A stretch of 64,000 nucleotides of DNA from Octopus sinensis (GCF_006345805.1 NC_043000.1:18042001-18106000); one strand, 5' to 3'. Numbered from the stretch's first letter, positions 25,338 to 39,469 are shown. A program made the numbers and translations. The notes: generated by a model from the sequence alone, not told the origin.

Positions 25338-26752
25338 AGGAGACAGAGAGAAGGAAGATGGAGGGAAAAAAAAAAAAAAAAAAAAAAAAAATCGCCAACA
25401 ATCCACATGTCGTTATATATACTCTTTTACTTGTTTCAGTCATTTGACTGCGGCCATGCTGGAGCACCGCCTTTAGTCGAGTAAATCGACCCCGGGACTT
25501 ATTCTTTGTAAGCCCAGTACTTATTCTATCGGTCTCTTTTTGCCGAACCGCTAAGTGACGGGGACGTAAACACACCAGCATCAGTTGTCAAGCAATGCTA
25601 GGGGGACAAACACACACACACTTATATGTATATACATATATACGACAGGCTTCTTTCAGTTTCCGTCTACCAAATACACTCACAAGGCATTGGTTGGCCC
25701 GGGGCTATAGCAGAAGACACTAGCCCAAGATGCCACGCAGTGGGACTGAACCCGGAACCATGTGGTTGGTTAGCAAGCTACTTACCACACAGCCACTCCT
25801 GCGCCTATATATGTATATATGTTTATTTTTGTGTGTGTGTTTGTCCCCACACCATTGCTTGACAACTGATGTTGGTGTGTTTATGTCCCTGTAACTTAGC
25901 AGTTCAACAAAAGTGATCAACAGAATAAGTACTAGGCTTACAAGGAATAAGTCCTTTTAAGGTGGTGCTCCAGCATGGCTGCAGTCAAATGACTGAAGCA
26001 TGTAAAAAAATAAAAGAATATTCTGTTACCTGGTTTAACATCACTATTTCATCTACGGTTGCTGTTAGCACAGTTCACTATTCCAAACACTTGAATTGGG
26101 TGTCTGATCTTAGGATATCCCATCCACACACACAAGTCTCACAAGCCCAGAAAGGTGTCAAGGGTCATCTGACTGTAAAATAACATTTTGGAAAACCTGT
26201 TCAACCCATGCCAACATGGGCAAGCAGAAATAAAACTACAATAGTGACGATTGATCTGCAGATGTTCATGCTGGACATTGGCTACACTGATTTCCCCAAT
26301 CTGAGAAGACTTACAAAGATCATGAGCAATGATCTTTCTCCACTGACATATCTTTCATCTCTTACTTGTTTCAGTCATTAGACTGTGACCTTGGACCATA
26401 CTGAGCACTACCTTGAAGGTGTTTAGCCAAACAAGTTGACCCAGTACATATTTTTTTGTAAGTCTAGTACTTATTCTATCAGTTAATTTTTTTTTACCAA
26501 ATTGATAAGTTATGGGAACATAAACATACCAACATTAGATGTCAAGCTGTGGTGAAGGACAAGCACAGTGGCATACACACATACATAGATTTGTGTGTGT
26601 GTGTATATATATATCCACGCGATCCCAATCATCCTCCTGAAATCCTAACTCCACCGTCGATGAGAAAGGTGCGATACAGAGAGGAGTGGACAGCGTGCTG
26701 TGACCAGCGGTGTCAAATGGACGCCTGACGGACTGGTCGGTCAAGTGGTATA

Positions 26753-26784
<32 letters not shown>

Positions 26785-28740
26785 CATAAATGATGATGGA
26801 GTGGCTGTGTGGTAAGTAGCTTGCTAACCAACCACATGGTACTGGGTTCAGTCCCACTGCGTGGCATCTTGGGCTAGTGTCTTCTGCTATAGCCCCGGGC
26901 CGACCAATGCCTTGTGAGTGGATTTGGTAGACGGAAACTGAAAGAAGCCTGTCGTATATATGTATATACATATAAGTGTGTGAGTATATGTTTGTGTTTG
27001 TCCTCCCAGCATTGCTTGACAACCGATGCTGGTGTGTTTACGTCCCCTGTCACTTAGTGGTTTGGCAAAAGAGACCGATAGAATAAGTACTATATATATA
27101 TTCAATGGACTTCTTTCAGTTCTTGCCTACTAAATTTACTCTCAAGGATTTGGTCAGTCTGGGGTTATAACTGAAGACACTTGCCCAAAATGGCATGCAG
27201 TGGGACTGAACCTGGAACCATGTGGTTGGGAAGCAAACTTCTTACCACCCACCCATGTTGGTGCCTATTAAAAAAGAAAAATGGATTACCAACATCCTGT
27301 TGTGGGCACTGCATTATGTCCATTATGTCCATAATCAAAGGCAGTGAAAACAGGAACCATTGAGTAGGAACTGCTTATTGCCCATTTATTTATAGTGGAA
27401 GTTCTCCTGGCTGGGTTTCTTAAATGCTTTATTTCTGTAAATAAAACCATTTGCTGTGCCCACCAACCCATTCAACAGTTGCTAAGCATCTGAGTGTAGG
27501 AGAGAGGAACAGATTTATTACTGGAGACAGCTGGGTCAGGTTGAACACGTTTGAAACAGAAGGTGGCTGTAAAAAAATTCAATAAAGAAGTGGCTGTGTG
27601 GTAAGTAGCTTGTTTACCAACCACATGGTTCCAGGTTCAGTCCCACTGCGTGGCACCTTGGGCAAGTGTCTTCTACTATAGCCTCGGGCCGACCACAGCC
27701 TTGTGAGTGGATTTGGTAGACGGAAACTGAAAGAAGCCCGTCATATATATGTATATATATATATGTTTGTGTGTGTGTTTGTGTGTCTGTATTTGTTCCC
27801 CTAGCATTGCTTGACAACCGATGCTGGTGTGTTTATGTCCCCGTCACTTAGCGGTACGGCAAAAGAGACCGATACAATAAGTACTGGGCTTACAAAGAAT
27901 GAGTCCCGGGGTCGATTTGCTTGACTAAAGGCAGTGCTCCAGCATGGCCGCAGTCAAATGACTGAAACAAGTAAAAGAGTAAAGAGACAATAAGGTCTCT
28001 TATAATCAGTGAGTATCTGTGGGTCTGTGAGAATGTATATGTGTATAGGTATATTCAGTGAGTGTGGCTGCATTCAGTGTTTGTATGTGCAAACACACCC
28101 TAGGAAGTCTATGTAGTACATATGCATGTATAGGCTGGGATAAACAATAACAGGTATATATGCACTGTGAATGTATTAGTATGAATTAATATTAGTAGGT
28201 GTGTGTATGTGTGTGAGAGAGTTATTGAGACATGTGGTTGGGATTGGACTGTTATAACATAGTTGTGATCTAGAGAGCTCAATGAAGGAAAAGGTATAAG
28301 ATATTTTAAGGCCTCTAGGTCATTGCAAGTAGATGCATATACTGTATATATTCATATAATTGAACATAAAATGAGCGTATACGTACAGGCACACATATAT
28401 ACATACATATATATGTATTTCTTTATTGCCCACAGGGGGCTAAACATAGAGGGGACAAACAAGGACAAAGGCATTAGATTGATCATATCGACCCCAGTGC
28501 GTAATTTAATCTACCCCGAATGGACGAATGGCAAAGTCGACCTCGGCGGAATGTGAACTCAGAACGTAACAGCAGACGAAATACCGCTAAGCATTTCGCC
28601 TGGCGTGCTAATGATTCTGCCAGCTTGCTGCATATATATATATATATATATATAGTTAATCCAAACAAGAAAACAAAAAGACAACAACACAAGGACGTGG
28701 AACAAATAAAGTATTATTGGACGCTCAGGAAAGAAGGAGG

Positions 28741-28775
28741 GTTTGACGTTTCGAGCGGAGCTCTTCATCGGAAAC
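28741..28775 (-). ncRNA. Minimal type I hammerhead ribozyme motif (variant core CCGAUGA)
   Basis: GUUU-CCGAUGA-A-GAGC ucc GCUC-GAAA-CG-UC-AAAC. Confidence 0.65.
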
Positions 28776-28855
28776 ATAGGAGAAGGAAAGGTCCGAGAAG
28801 AGAAGACAGAGGAAAAAAAAAAAAAATCACTAGTGATACAGACGAGGTCACATAC

Positions 28856-28897
<42 letters not shown>

Positions 28898-31800
28898 CAT
28901 ATGCAGACGACATGTGAAGGCTGGAAAGAAATGATACTAGCATACTCGAATGGATGTGCAATAACAGTGTACATGTACAACAAAGTACAAATGTGCTGAG
29001 AGAAAAATTGGGCATAAGAGGCATCAGACACAGTGTGCAGGAGAGAAGTCTGCACTGGTATGGTCATGTGATGCAGAAGCACAAGGACCGGTGTATAAGG
29101 AAGTGCTGACTGCTAAACGTAGAAGGAACCTGTGGAGGAGGAAAACCTAGGAGGACGTGGGACAAAGTGGTGAAGACTGACTTTAAGGTGTTGAGCCTCT
29201 CAGGGGAGATGATGGGGGGACTGAGATGAATGGCAACACGTTGTGCTTGTGGAGACCCAACCATCTCAACAGAATTGAGGTTCTGTCAAGCTTTCCCCAA
29301 CAACTCTTCTTCTAACACTCATTCTTTCACCAATCTTCTGTGTTACCTTATTTCCTTCCTTCACCTCCCCTCTGCTGAACTAATATTCTCTCTGTCCAAC
29401 TCATTCCCTATCTCTAATCAACTGTCATATTATTCTCACATAGCAACCTTACCCAGACATCCACCCTTTCTGTTCCTCTATTCTATTCTGTCTCATATTC
29501 ACCTTGCCCCTTGACTTCACATCTATCTCCCTTTCCAGATGAGCAAGCCATGTATTCACCTCTTCAGCAAGACACCTGCTCTTGTCTCTCTGTCCTAGCT
29601 TTTTATCCCTCAATTCTATACTCTACAACAGTTGAGGGGTCTTGTCTTGCAGGTACTTGGTGACCTCACCAGTATTGGTGCAGCATAAAAAAACACCCAC
29701 TACACTCTGTGAAGTGACTAGTGCTAGAAAGGGCTTCCAAGGCCTAATGTCTGCCGAAGCAGACATTAGAACCTACTTGCATGAATGTGTATGCCGAACA
29801 GGTAAAAAAAACAAATCTCTTTTCTTACTCTTTTAGCATTCAGATTATTTAGTCAAATGTAATACACAGTCATTCACAATCTTTTGATGATGTGATTGCA
29901 TATTTTGAGAATGACATTGTCAGATAGGTATGAGGGGCTGAACATAAAAAAGGTATAATATTTGGGCTGGATATGACTGGTTTAAATGCTAAATGGTTAA
30001 GAGTAATTTTTATACTTATTTTTACTTCAAATATGATAAAATTGTTCATCTCTTGCACAATAAAATATTCACTCTCATTGTTGAAAATTCTGTGAAATAT
30101 TCACTTTTCTTTGATGATGGTCGTATCCATGTAAAATGTTTGAAACATCAATTGATAATACCCACTGTTTAAAGATTAAAATCCCAGAATCATGTTGGGA
30201 AGATATTCTTTTTGAAAGTACTTCATTTAAGTTATGCTCTATGCTCTCAAAGACACTTCATATGATTGTTTTTTTTTTCTTGTTAGATGGCATTCATCAG
30301 TTTGTGTCTATTTTCTTAAGAGTTTCTCCTGGTCATCTCCCCTCCTCCTTTAACCTAAATACTTATTCTATCAGTATCTTTTGCCAAACCGCTAAGTTAC
30401 GGGGACAAACGCAGACACACAAACATATACACACATACATATATATATACACACACACACATATATATATATACAGTGGGCTTCTTTTCAGTTTCCATCT
30501 ACCAAATCCACTTACAAGGCTTTGGTCGGCTCGAGGCTATAGTAGAAGACACTTGCCCAAGGTGCCATGCAGTGGGACTGAACCCAGAACCATGTGGTTC
30601 GTAAGCAAGATTTGGCTTGGTTTCTATAATTGGATGCCCTTCTTAATGCCAGCCACTTTACAGAGTGTTCTGGGTACTTTTTATGTGGCACCAGAACAGG
30701 TACTTTCTGGGTGCTATTACATGATGCTGGCATGGGAGCTTTTACAGGGCAGCAGCACAGGGCTCTTGCAGGCCAATGTTCTTCAGCAGGAGAAATGGCA
30801 TTAACAGTTCTGCTATGGTTGAGTACAGCAATGCACCAGATATCTCAGTCCTTTGTTATCTCCTCAATAAGGCTCAGGTCTTTATAAAACACATATCCAC
30901 ATGCAAAAGTGATCCTTCAAAAGACAACTGCAAAGTTTTGAAAATAAAGGAGAATTAGAACTGTTCTCAAGATAGTGCATATTTTCTTGGGAGTTTCTCT
31001 TGGTCATGTGTTCATAAAAAAATGAAATGTACACATATGCACAGGTGATCCTTTAGAAGACAAAAATGAACTAGGGGACCATAAAGATAAGTTTACCTAT
31101 GTTTGGAAAATAATGAGGGTCTAAGACACTCAGTTTTGTGATATTTCACAATGTCCAGGTGAGATAGTTAAGTTTAAAGAACCAGATTTACAAAATTGCT
31201 GACTCAATACCAAATAGATTTCAATAATACTTCTGGCTCTCATTCTTTGTTCCATGACAATAATATTTCTCAAAGGAAAGAGATTGTGAATTAAAGTAAT
31301 AATGAAATTATACTGAGCTTGTTATGTCCATAATTCAAAGAGAACTAACAAACTACTTGAAAGACTCAATTAGTAACTTTGTGGCTTTATCGTCATATTA
31401 AATTATATAAAAATAAAATCGAATTTCAGACAGGCGTTGTACTGAAGCTGTTAAAATATCTTAATTTTACAATCCCTTAGTTTATTGATTTTCTTAAAGG
31501 GTATCACTTTTTTTTTTCCCTAAACTTTTCAGTCATTGGAATGTGGTCATACTGGGACGTTGACATGTAGGGTTTAGTCGAACAAATCGACCCCAGTACT
31601 TTTGGTTAAGAGGTAGTGGGGGAATGAACACAACACAAAGGCATACATATTACACAGTGTAATATACAACGGGCTTCTTTCAGTTTCTGTCAACCAAATC
31701 CAGAGCTGTAGAAGAAGAGACTTGTCCAAGGTATCACACAGGGGTATTGAACCCGGAACCATGTAGTTGGGAAACGAACTATTTAACAGGTGGTTCTACT

Positions 31801-33346
31801 TCCCATTTATAGTTGACAGTGAGTTCTTTCCCTTAAGCCAGATGTTAAAGCATCATTTGTTGAATGAAGTGTTTGGTAAAGAAATCTCTTAATCATTTCT
31901 TACGACAAATGGCTAATGACTTCTACAGATACCAAACCAAATACACACCATGAACGAGTTAATACAGGATTTGATATCTAACAATGCATCTCTTGCGTAT
32001 CTTGTGTTAAAGCTAATCAACTGACTATACAGCTAACTTTTAATAGGAAAAAAAAATTAAGACAGAGAAATAAATTCTATAAGTTTTTGAGTTTAACCCT
32101 TTCATTACTGTATTTATTTTAAGATGCTCTGTGTTTCTTTCAATCATCTTAAATATAACAAAGAATTTTGTAAAATAACTTAGTTATGATTAAACTAGTG
32201 TTAGGAACATAAATTGTGACTAAGGCTTGGTGGAATATTTTAATTCAAAACTTATGAAAACAAGACATTTTACCACTGAGCCAGAGCTGGTTTTGGCCGG
32301 GTTAGTAACAAAAGGGTTAAGATGGTTGTGTGCAAGATATCTTTTCTAAAGTCGAATTCTATTTTCATGACCCTTATAATGAAGTTAAGGAGTAACTTGA
32401 AACGATAATAGCACAAAACGTTTTAGAAGATGTTATCTCAAGAAACATATTATATCTATTTCTTTTTGTAGTAATAAACAAACTCAAGAACACTGTACAG
32501 CAAATACTTGACTGTCCAAAATACAGAAATATTCAATAAATTTTAATCCAGTTAGATACACGTTATTGACTAAAGTTGTTTACTTTTCGAGTTCAGTTAG
32601 GATTTAGGGTTAGGTCTGGTCACAGTCGAATACTTTTACTCTTTTTACTTGTTTCAGTCATTTGACTGTGGCCATGTTGGAGCACCGCCTTTAGTCGAGC
32701 AAATCGACCCCAGGACTTTTTTTTTTGTAAGCCTAGTACTTATTCTATCTGTCTCTTTTGCCGAACCGCTAAGTTACGGGGACGTAAACACACCAGCATC
32801 AGTTGTCAAGCGGTGTTGGGGGAACAAACACACATACATACATATATATATACAATGGGCTTCTTTCAGTTTCCGTCTATCAAATCCACTCACAAGGCTT
32901 TGGTTGGCCTGAGGCTATAGTAGAAGACACTTGCCCAAGGTGCCATGCAGTGGGAATGAACCTGGAACCATATGGTTGGTAAGCAAGCTACTTACCACAC
33001 AGCCATTCCTGCGCCTTTTGTTGATCCTAATATTGAAAATTTTCCGATTCTTTAGAAAAAGAAAATAAAGGATGGAGAGTTCTATAGTTGTGCTGAAATT
33101 TATTTGCTTGTCTGCATAATCCATACTTTTAGCTCATGCAGAAAAAAACCAAAATGAATTGGACTAAGTTCGAGAAACCCACACATTGCGAGTGTGTGTT
33201 TAACTATTCAACTCTGACCAACAAACGAAATTCCATGTCACACTCATTCATGACGTCACAGACTTTTACCGAAAGATTGCCCGTAAACTTTCAACTTCTA
33301 TGAACAAGTTTTGACATGTACACTGACAACAGACAACACAGCGATG

Positions 33347-33998
33347 GGATCTTTTCCTTTTGAACGGCAGTTTTCAACACAATTTCTAGTTAACTAAACA
33401 CTTTTAAACTTCGTATACTGGTAGAATGTGTCAAAATAAAACTTTTTTCTCTTGGCTTTCTTGAGAAAATTGTAATTCGTTTGTTTAATGTAGTTTAATT
33501 TTTCGAATTTTAACCAATCGATGGCCTCTAATTGAGCTAAAATCATTTGCTGCGTCTAAAACTGAGACATCCTGTCACTAACTCTAACTTTTAGCCTTTC
33601 GTTTTTCTTTTCTTAATTGTTAAATTAATTTAATTGTTACGCATGTGTCTAAAATTATTTGTTTTGTTTTTGTTTTGAGTTTTTGCTTTGGTTTTTTTTT
33701 TTCTTAATTGTTAAATTAATTTAAGGAAAACAAACGAAAGGCTAAAATTTAGGGTTAGGGTTAGTGACAGGATGTTGTCTCAGTTTTAGACGCAGCAAAT
33801 GATTTTAGCTCAATAGAGGCCATCGATTGGTTAAAATTCGAAAAATTAAACTACGTTAAACTTACAAATTACAATTTTCTCAAGAAAGCCAAGAGAAAAA
33901 ATGTTTTATTTTGACACATTCTACCAGTATACAAAGTTTTAAAGTGTTTAGTTAACTAGAAATTGTGTTGAAAACTGCCGTTCAAAAGGAAAAGATCC
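33347..33998. mobile_element. Fold-back MITE, Merlin-like
   Basis: Near-perfect inverted arms of roughly 260+ bp starting GGATCTTTTCC; 8-bp TSD CAGCGATG (33339-33346, 33999-34006); GG termini. Confidence 0.85.
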
Positions 33999-34711
33999 CA
34001 GCGATGGTCACCCACTGGACACTGTTAACACTCATTACTTCTTAGTTTTGATTATTCAGTACTTCAATAAAATAAGTGTCTTCTACCTCACACAGCTGTT
34101 ACCGAGAGTTCGGAGGTTACAAGCATCAACACGAGATCTTGTTGATATGTCGTGGTTAAGTGCAGCGGTGGATTAACCCATTAAGCAAAATAAGCACGTG
34201 CTTAGGACATCAAGGGACGGGGGGGGGGGCACCAGAGAAGTGAAAATGGTTTACGGCACAAAAGAAATTACTTTGAACTTGCTGAAATAATATTCGTAAT
34301 GCCTTATCTCTATTAAGTATAGAAGCAGAAGTTTTATGTAAAATTAATTTTAACGATATCATCGGACACTGCAACTAAAAAGAAAACTTTTCAAATATAA
34401 ATAAGGTACTACTTAGGAAGAGTGGTCCCGGTGCGCGCCTCGCGTAGTCGCGCAAGCTAGTCGATACTACAACGACTACCTAGCAAAGTAAATAAAACAC
34501 AAAGTAGATAATTTTTCTCAACAAAGTAAATAAAATAGGCGCAGGAGTGGCTGTGTGGTAAGTAGCTTGCTAACCAACCACATGGTTGCGGGTTCAGTCC
34601 CACTGCGTGGCATCTTGGGCAAGTGTCTTCTACAATAGCCCCGGGCCGACCAAAGCCTTGTGAGTGGATTTGGTAGACGGAAACTGAAAGAAGCCTGTCG
34701 TATATATATAT

Positions 34712-34786
<75 letters not shown>

Positions 34787-35967
34787 TTGTCCCCTGGTGT
34801 GTTTACGTCCCCGTCACTTAGCGGTTCGGCCCAAGAGACCGATAGAATAAGTACTGGGCTTACAAAGAATAAGGCGGTGCTCCAGCATGGCCGCAGTCAA
34901 TGACCGAAACAAGTAAAAGAGTAAAGAGTAATATATATATATATATATATATATACTAAGCAATAAGGGTTTAGCAACGAATTGCCTTACCACATACCGA
35001 ATTTAGAAATAGCAGTCAAAGGGTTATAGCTATTTCTCTACTAAAAAGGAAATCTCAGTAAAAACAGCAATTGGAAGGCTGACACAAACAGGTAAGAGAG
35101 AATGAATGTTTACATGCCGAAGACTACTTGGTGTAATTGATAATTATTCCAAATTAATTAATTTCACCCTTCATTATATATATATTATATATATATATAG
35201 AAGGGAGAGAGAGAGAGAGAGAGACCTCCCCCTGCACTGTCGGTTCTGAATGAGCATGGGATTGCACCAAGAAAGTTCTCTTCCAAGGCACAAGACCGGG
35301 CAAAGACCGATACATTTTGGCACCTGTGACGTAGCAACTCATTTCTACAGCTGAGTGAACTGGACCAATGTGAAATAAAGTCTCTCGCCTTCACACACAC
35401 ATATACACATATGTATACACATACACGCATGTGTTTGTATGTTGCGTGTCTGTGCTTGTCCTCCTCCACCACCGATTGACCACCCGTGTTGGTGTGTTTA
35501 CATCAAAACAGCGGTTCGGCAAAATGACCGATAAAGTACGAAGCTTTAAGACAAAGGACTGGGGGTTCGTTCATTCGACTAAAAATCAAGGCGGTGCTCC
35601 AGTATGGTCGCAGTCTAATGATCGAAACAAGTAGAAGATACACACAGACACACTACATGTGTGTACATTAGCTCATACTTGTTCACACTCACAAAAGAAG
35701 ACGAATGAAATCCGAAGAAAAGTTGAAGAACGTTTTTGAAAAGAGAGAAATCTAAAACACAGGAAACCGAATTAAAAAATGTATACAGAATGTGAAAAAC
35801 AAAAATAAAAAATGTGGTAAGTAGCTTGCTTACCAACCACATGGTTGCGGGTTCAGTCCCACTGCGTGGCGTCTTGGGCAAGTGTCTTCTGCTATAGCCT
35901 CGAGCCGACCAAAGCCTTGTGAGTGGATTTGGTAGACGCAAACTGAAAGAAGCCCGTCGTATATATG

Positions 35968-35998
<31 letters not shown>

Positions 35999-37024
35999 AC
36001 GTGTGTGTTTGTGTGTCTGTGTTTGTTCTCCTAGCATTGCTTGACAACCGATGCTGGTGTGTTTATGTCCCCGTCACTTAGCGGTTCGGCAAAAAAGAGA
36101 CCGATAGAATAAGTACTGGGCTTACAAAGAATAAGTCCCGGGGTCGAGTGTTGCTCGACTAAAGGCGGTGCTCCAGCATGGCCGCAGTCAAAATGACTGA
36201 AACAAGTAAAAGAGTATACTAATTACTAGTGCAAAAAACCACTAGGATGAGCTAAAGCGTATTTTTAACCCGACAGGTTACAGGTGTCGATGAAAAACCG
36301 AAGGTTATTAAATACTTTCGAGTGTGTGTGTATGGGCACCGACGAATACAAACTCAAATAGGTTAATCCAATCTGTGTCACTAGACAGCTGTGTTGTTAG
36401 TTACAAAAAAAAAATGAGAGGGGGAGAGAGATAGATAAATTCCACAATTACATCTGTTTAGTTTCTGGCCCCTGCGCGCTCAGTTCAAATCCCGTCGAGG
36501 TTAACTTGTTTTTTTTTCGAGGGCGATGAAGAGGAACCAATGCAGGCTGGTGGATTGGCGTAATTATAAGAATGTCGGACAGGATGACGTTTTTTTCCCG
36601 ACTTTTTACTTCCAGTGCTGGAATCCCAAACTGACCTACTTGGGTGGTAGACATAAATTGTCGCCCAGTTAAGACAATCTGCGGGCTGGGCTCCCGGTTC
36701 GAGATTTCCTTCTTACCAGTTTCAGAGGCCCTATATATATATATAAAATTAATTAAGGGTAGAAATTGATATTAGTCAATTAAAACCAGTGGTCTAACAT
36801 ATTAAAAAGAATTAATTGGTATATATATATACACACACACACACAAACGTACGTGTGTGTATGTCTGTATGGAGAATACGGTACCGTTATCCGACATTCT
36901 TATGAACTGGACCGATATTTTTTCTAATCAAGATGCTTCGTCAAAATGTCACAAAAACCTAACTCCAGGATGAAAGTGATGCGTTTCTCCAATGAATGAC
37001 TATCAAAAGAAACTATTAACTTAC

Positions 37025-37132
37025 CTGCAAGAAATCGGTAATAGAACGTACTTTTCCTCGTACGTTCAATTCTTTGCCCTTCTCTTCAAAACTAACTTCT
37101 GGCAGTATCTGTTGATTTTGGTAATTCCCCAT
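37025..37132 (-). CDS. LRR protein, first coding exon (MGNYQNQQILPEVSFEEKGKELNVRGKVRSITDFLQ)
   Basis: ATG at 37132, 36 open codons, ends CAG|GTAAGT (phase 0), matching the phase-0 acceptor of the LRR exon at 21530; lies next to a CpG-richer promoter-like region. Confidence 0.75.
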
Positions 37133-37686
37133 GCTTGTTAAATTATAAATAACATACGCCAGAAGGATAAGGTAAGATATCCTGATACTGAGTAGGCGGT
37201 AGAAAAACCAACAAAAACAGTCGTCTACATATTCATATAAAGCCTATATATATATGCATTGGGGTCGATATAATCGACTTAATCCCTTTGTCTGTCCTTG
37301 TTTGTCCCCTCTGCGTATAGCCCCTTGTGGGTAGTAAAGAAATATATGTCTATATTTCTCCAGTATTTCGCGTCAGAGTTGGAGAGAAGTTGACTTAAAG
37401 TCACAATCAAGTTTCTGGTAGGCTGCTTCCAGAGTGATTAGAGGAGTTGACAGTTAACACGGATAGACATTTTACGGGTAACATTCTTTAGAGTTATAAC
37501 GGAGCTTTGTTTTGTCAGCATCGGATAATTAGATTTACCGCTCTACTATCTCAGTAGCTGTCATCATTGTCGACAGAAATCGATTAAATAGCTTCTTGCT
37601 TCGCGACATGCCACGTGTACTGTGACCGCATAAACTGATGACGTCATAGCTTGTTGTGTACACAAGCATAGCTCCTCTTAATAGTA
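37133..37686. promoter_or_regulatory. Putative bidirectional promoter between LRR gene and TRABD
   Basis: Divergent ATGs 554 bp apart; local CpG enrichment; TCGCGA 37601-37606, E-box CACGTG 37612-37617, full CRE TGACGTCA 37639-37646. Confidence 0.6.
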
Positions 37687-37714
37687 ATGGCTGAGCATCA
37701 AGTTGATACGACGA
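37687..37714 (+). CDS. TRABD: TraB domain-containing protein, first coding exon (MAEHQVDTT)
   Basis: ATAGTAATGG start context, donor A|GTAAGT in phase 1, compatible with the phase-1 acceptor at 54860; short exon so assignment is by phase and position. Confidence 0.65.
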
Positions 37715-38555
37715 GTAAGTTCTGTTTTAAAACACTATTATATCTGTTTACTTTGAGCTTTATTCATCGACACTGTATTTCCGAGTTCTGTCGCCGATAT
37801 GTTATTGCTGTGTCCGCTCTTTTGGAGCTGAAGCTAGTATCATTTGTTCTAACATCTGCCCTATGGTCTTTAATGAAAGATACAAAGAGAGAGAGAGAGA
37901 GATGTGAGGATGGATGAGGGAGACAGAAATCAATTTATTAAGGGAGTAAGCGTTCACACTGCTCTCTCTTGAAACACGAAAATCCGTCGTAAGGATCAGA
38001 TTTTGTACTTACCACTAATAAAACCAACCTTTCTTTATGGTAATGCGTGACTTTCGTGTGCTTACCAAAGATATAGGTAAAGGTGTTTTTGTGTTAAACT
38101 AGTAGGCCAGGTAGTTTAGTCGGAGACGTTGCCGGTCTTCTTGCGCACCAAAGTGCTGCTTCCTTGCAGTCTTCGACAGACCACATTCTTTTGTGTCACA
38201 CCGATGACTCCCACAAATACATTGTCACTCTCTATAGCAAACGAATATCCCTAATTGGATGACTAAGGAATCTCATTTATGGGTTTTCTAGTAATGACAA
38301 TATTGGAGGACCCAAAAAAAATTCCTTTGTAGTTTAAACTAAATAACACGAAGACAGTAGATTAAATTTGGACTAATTTTGATGTTAACGTTCCAATTTC
38401 ATTCCTTGTTCGACCTTTTAAATGTTTGTTTTTATTTTTTATTCTCAGGTACAAAAGTTGAAATGTAAAATAACCATATTCTTATACACACACACACATT
38501 AGTAGGCATACACAAAAACGCGTGTCCGAGTGTGTATATGTTTGTTTTATTACTG

Positions 38556-38557
38556 TT

Positions 38558-38594
<37 letters not shown>

Positions 38595-38616
38595 TATGTA
38601 TATATATATATGTATA

Positions 38617-38701
<85 letters not shown>

Positions 38702-39428
38702 TATATGTATAATATATGTATATATATATGTATATATATATGTATGTATGTATGTATATATGTATGTATGTATATATGTATGTATGTATATATGTATGTA
38801 TGTATATATGTATGTATGTATATATGTATGTATGTATATATGTATGTATGTATATATGTATGTATGTATGTATATGTATGTATGTATGTATATATGTATG
38901 TATGTATATATGTATGTATATATGTATGTATATATGTATGTATATATATATGTATGTATATATGTATGTATATATATATGTATGTATATATGTATGTATG
39001 TATATATGTATGTATATATATATGTATGTATATATGTATGTATGTATATATGTATGTATGTATATATGTATGTATATATGTATGTATATGTATATATGTA
39101 TTATATATGTATGTATATATGTATGTATATGTATATATGTATTATATATATATGTATATTATATATGTATGTATATATATATGTATGTATATATATATGT
39201 TATGTATATATGTTGTATATATGTATGTATAATATATGTATGTATATATGTATGTATATATGTTATGTATATATGTATGTATATATATATGTATGTATAT
39301 ATGTATGTATATATTTATGTATGTATATATGTATGTATGTATATGGTATGTATATATATATGTATATGTATAATATATATATATGATATATATATGTATG
39401 TATATGTATATATATGTGTATGAATATG

Positions 39429-39469
<41 letters not shown>

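Noticed and set aside
30136-30804. 222-aa ORF
   Set aside because: Chance read-through across AT-rich DNA, SINE A and LINE-tail fragments
33748-33765. Telomere or chromosome-fusion relic
   Set aside because: Only two to three TTAGGG units, inside a TSD-bounded MITE
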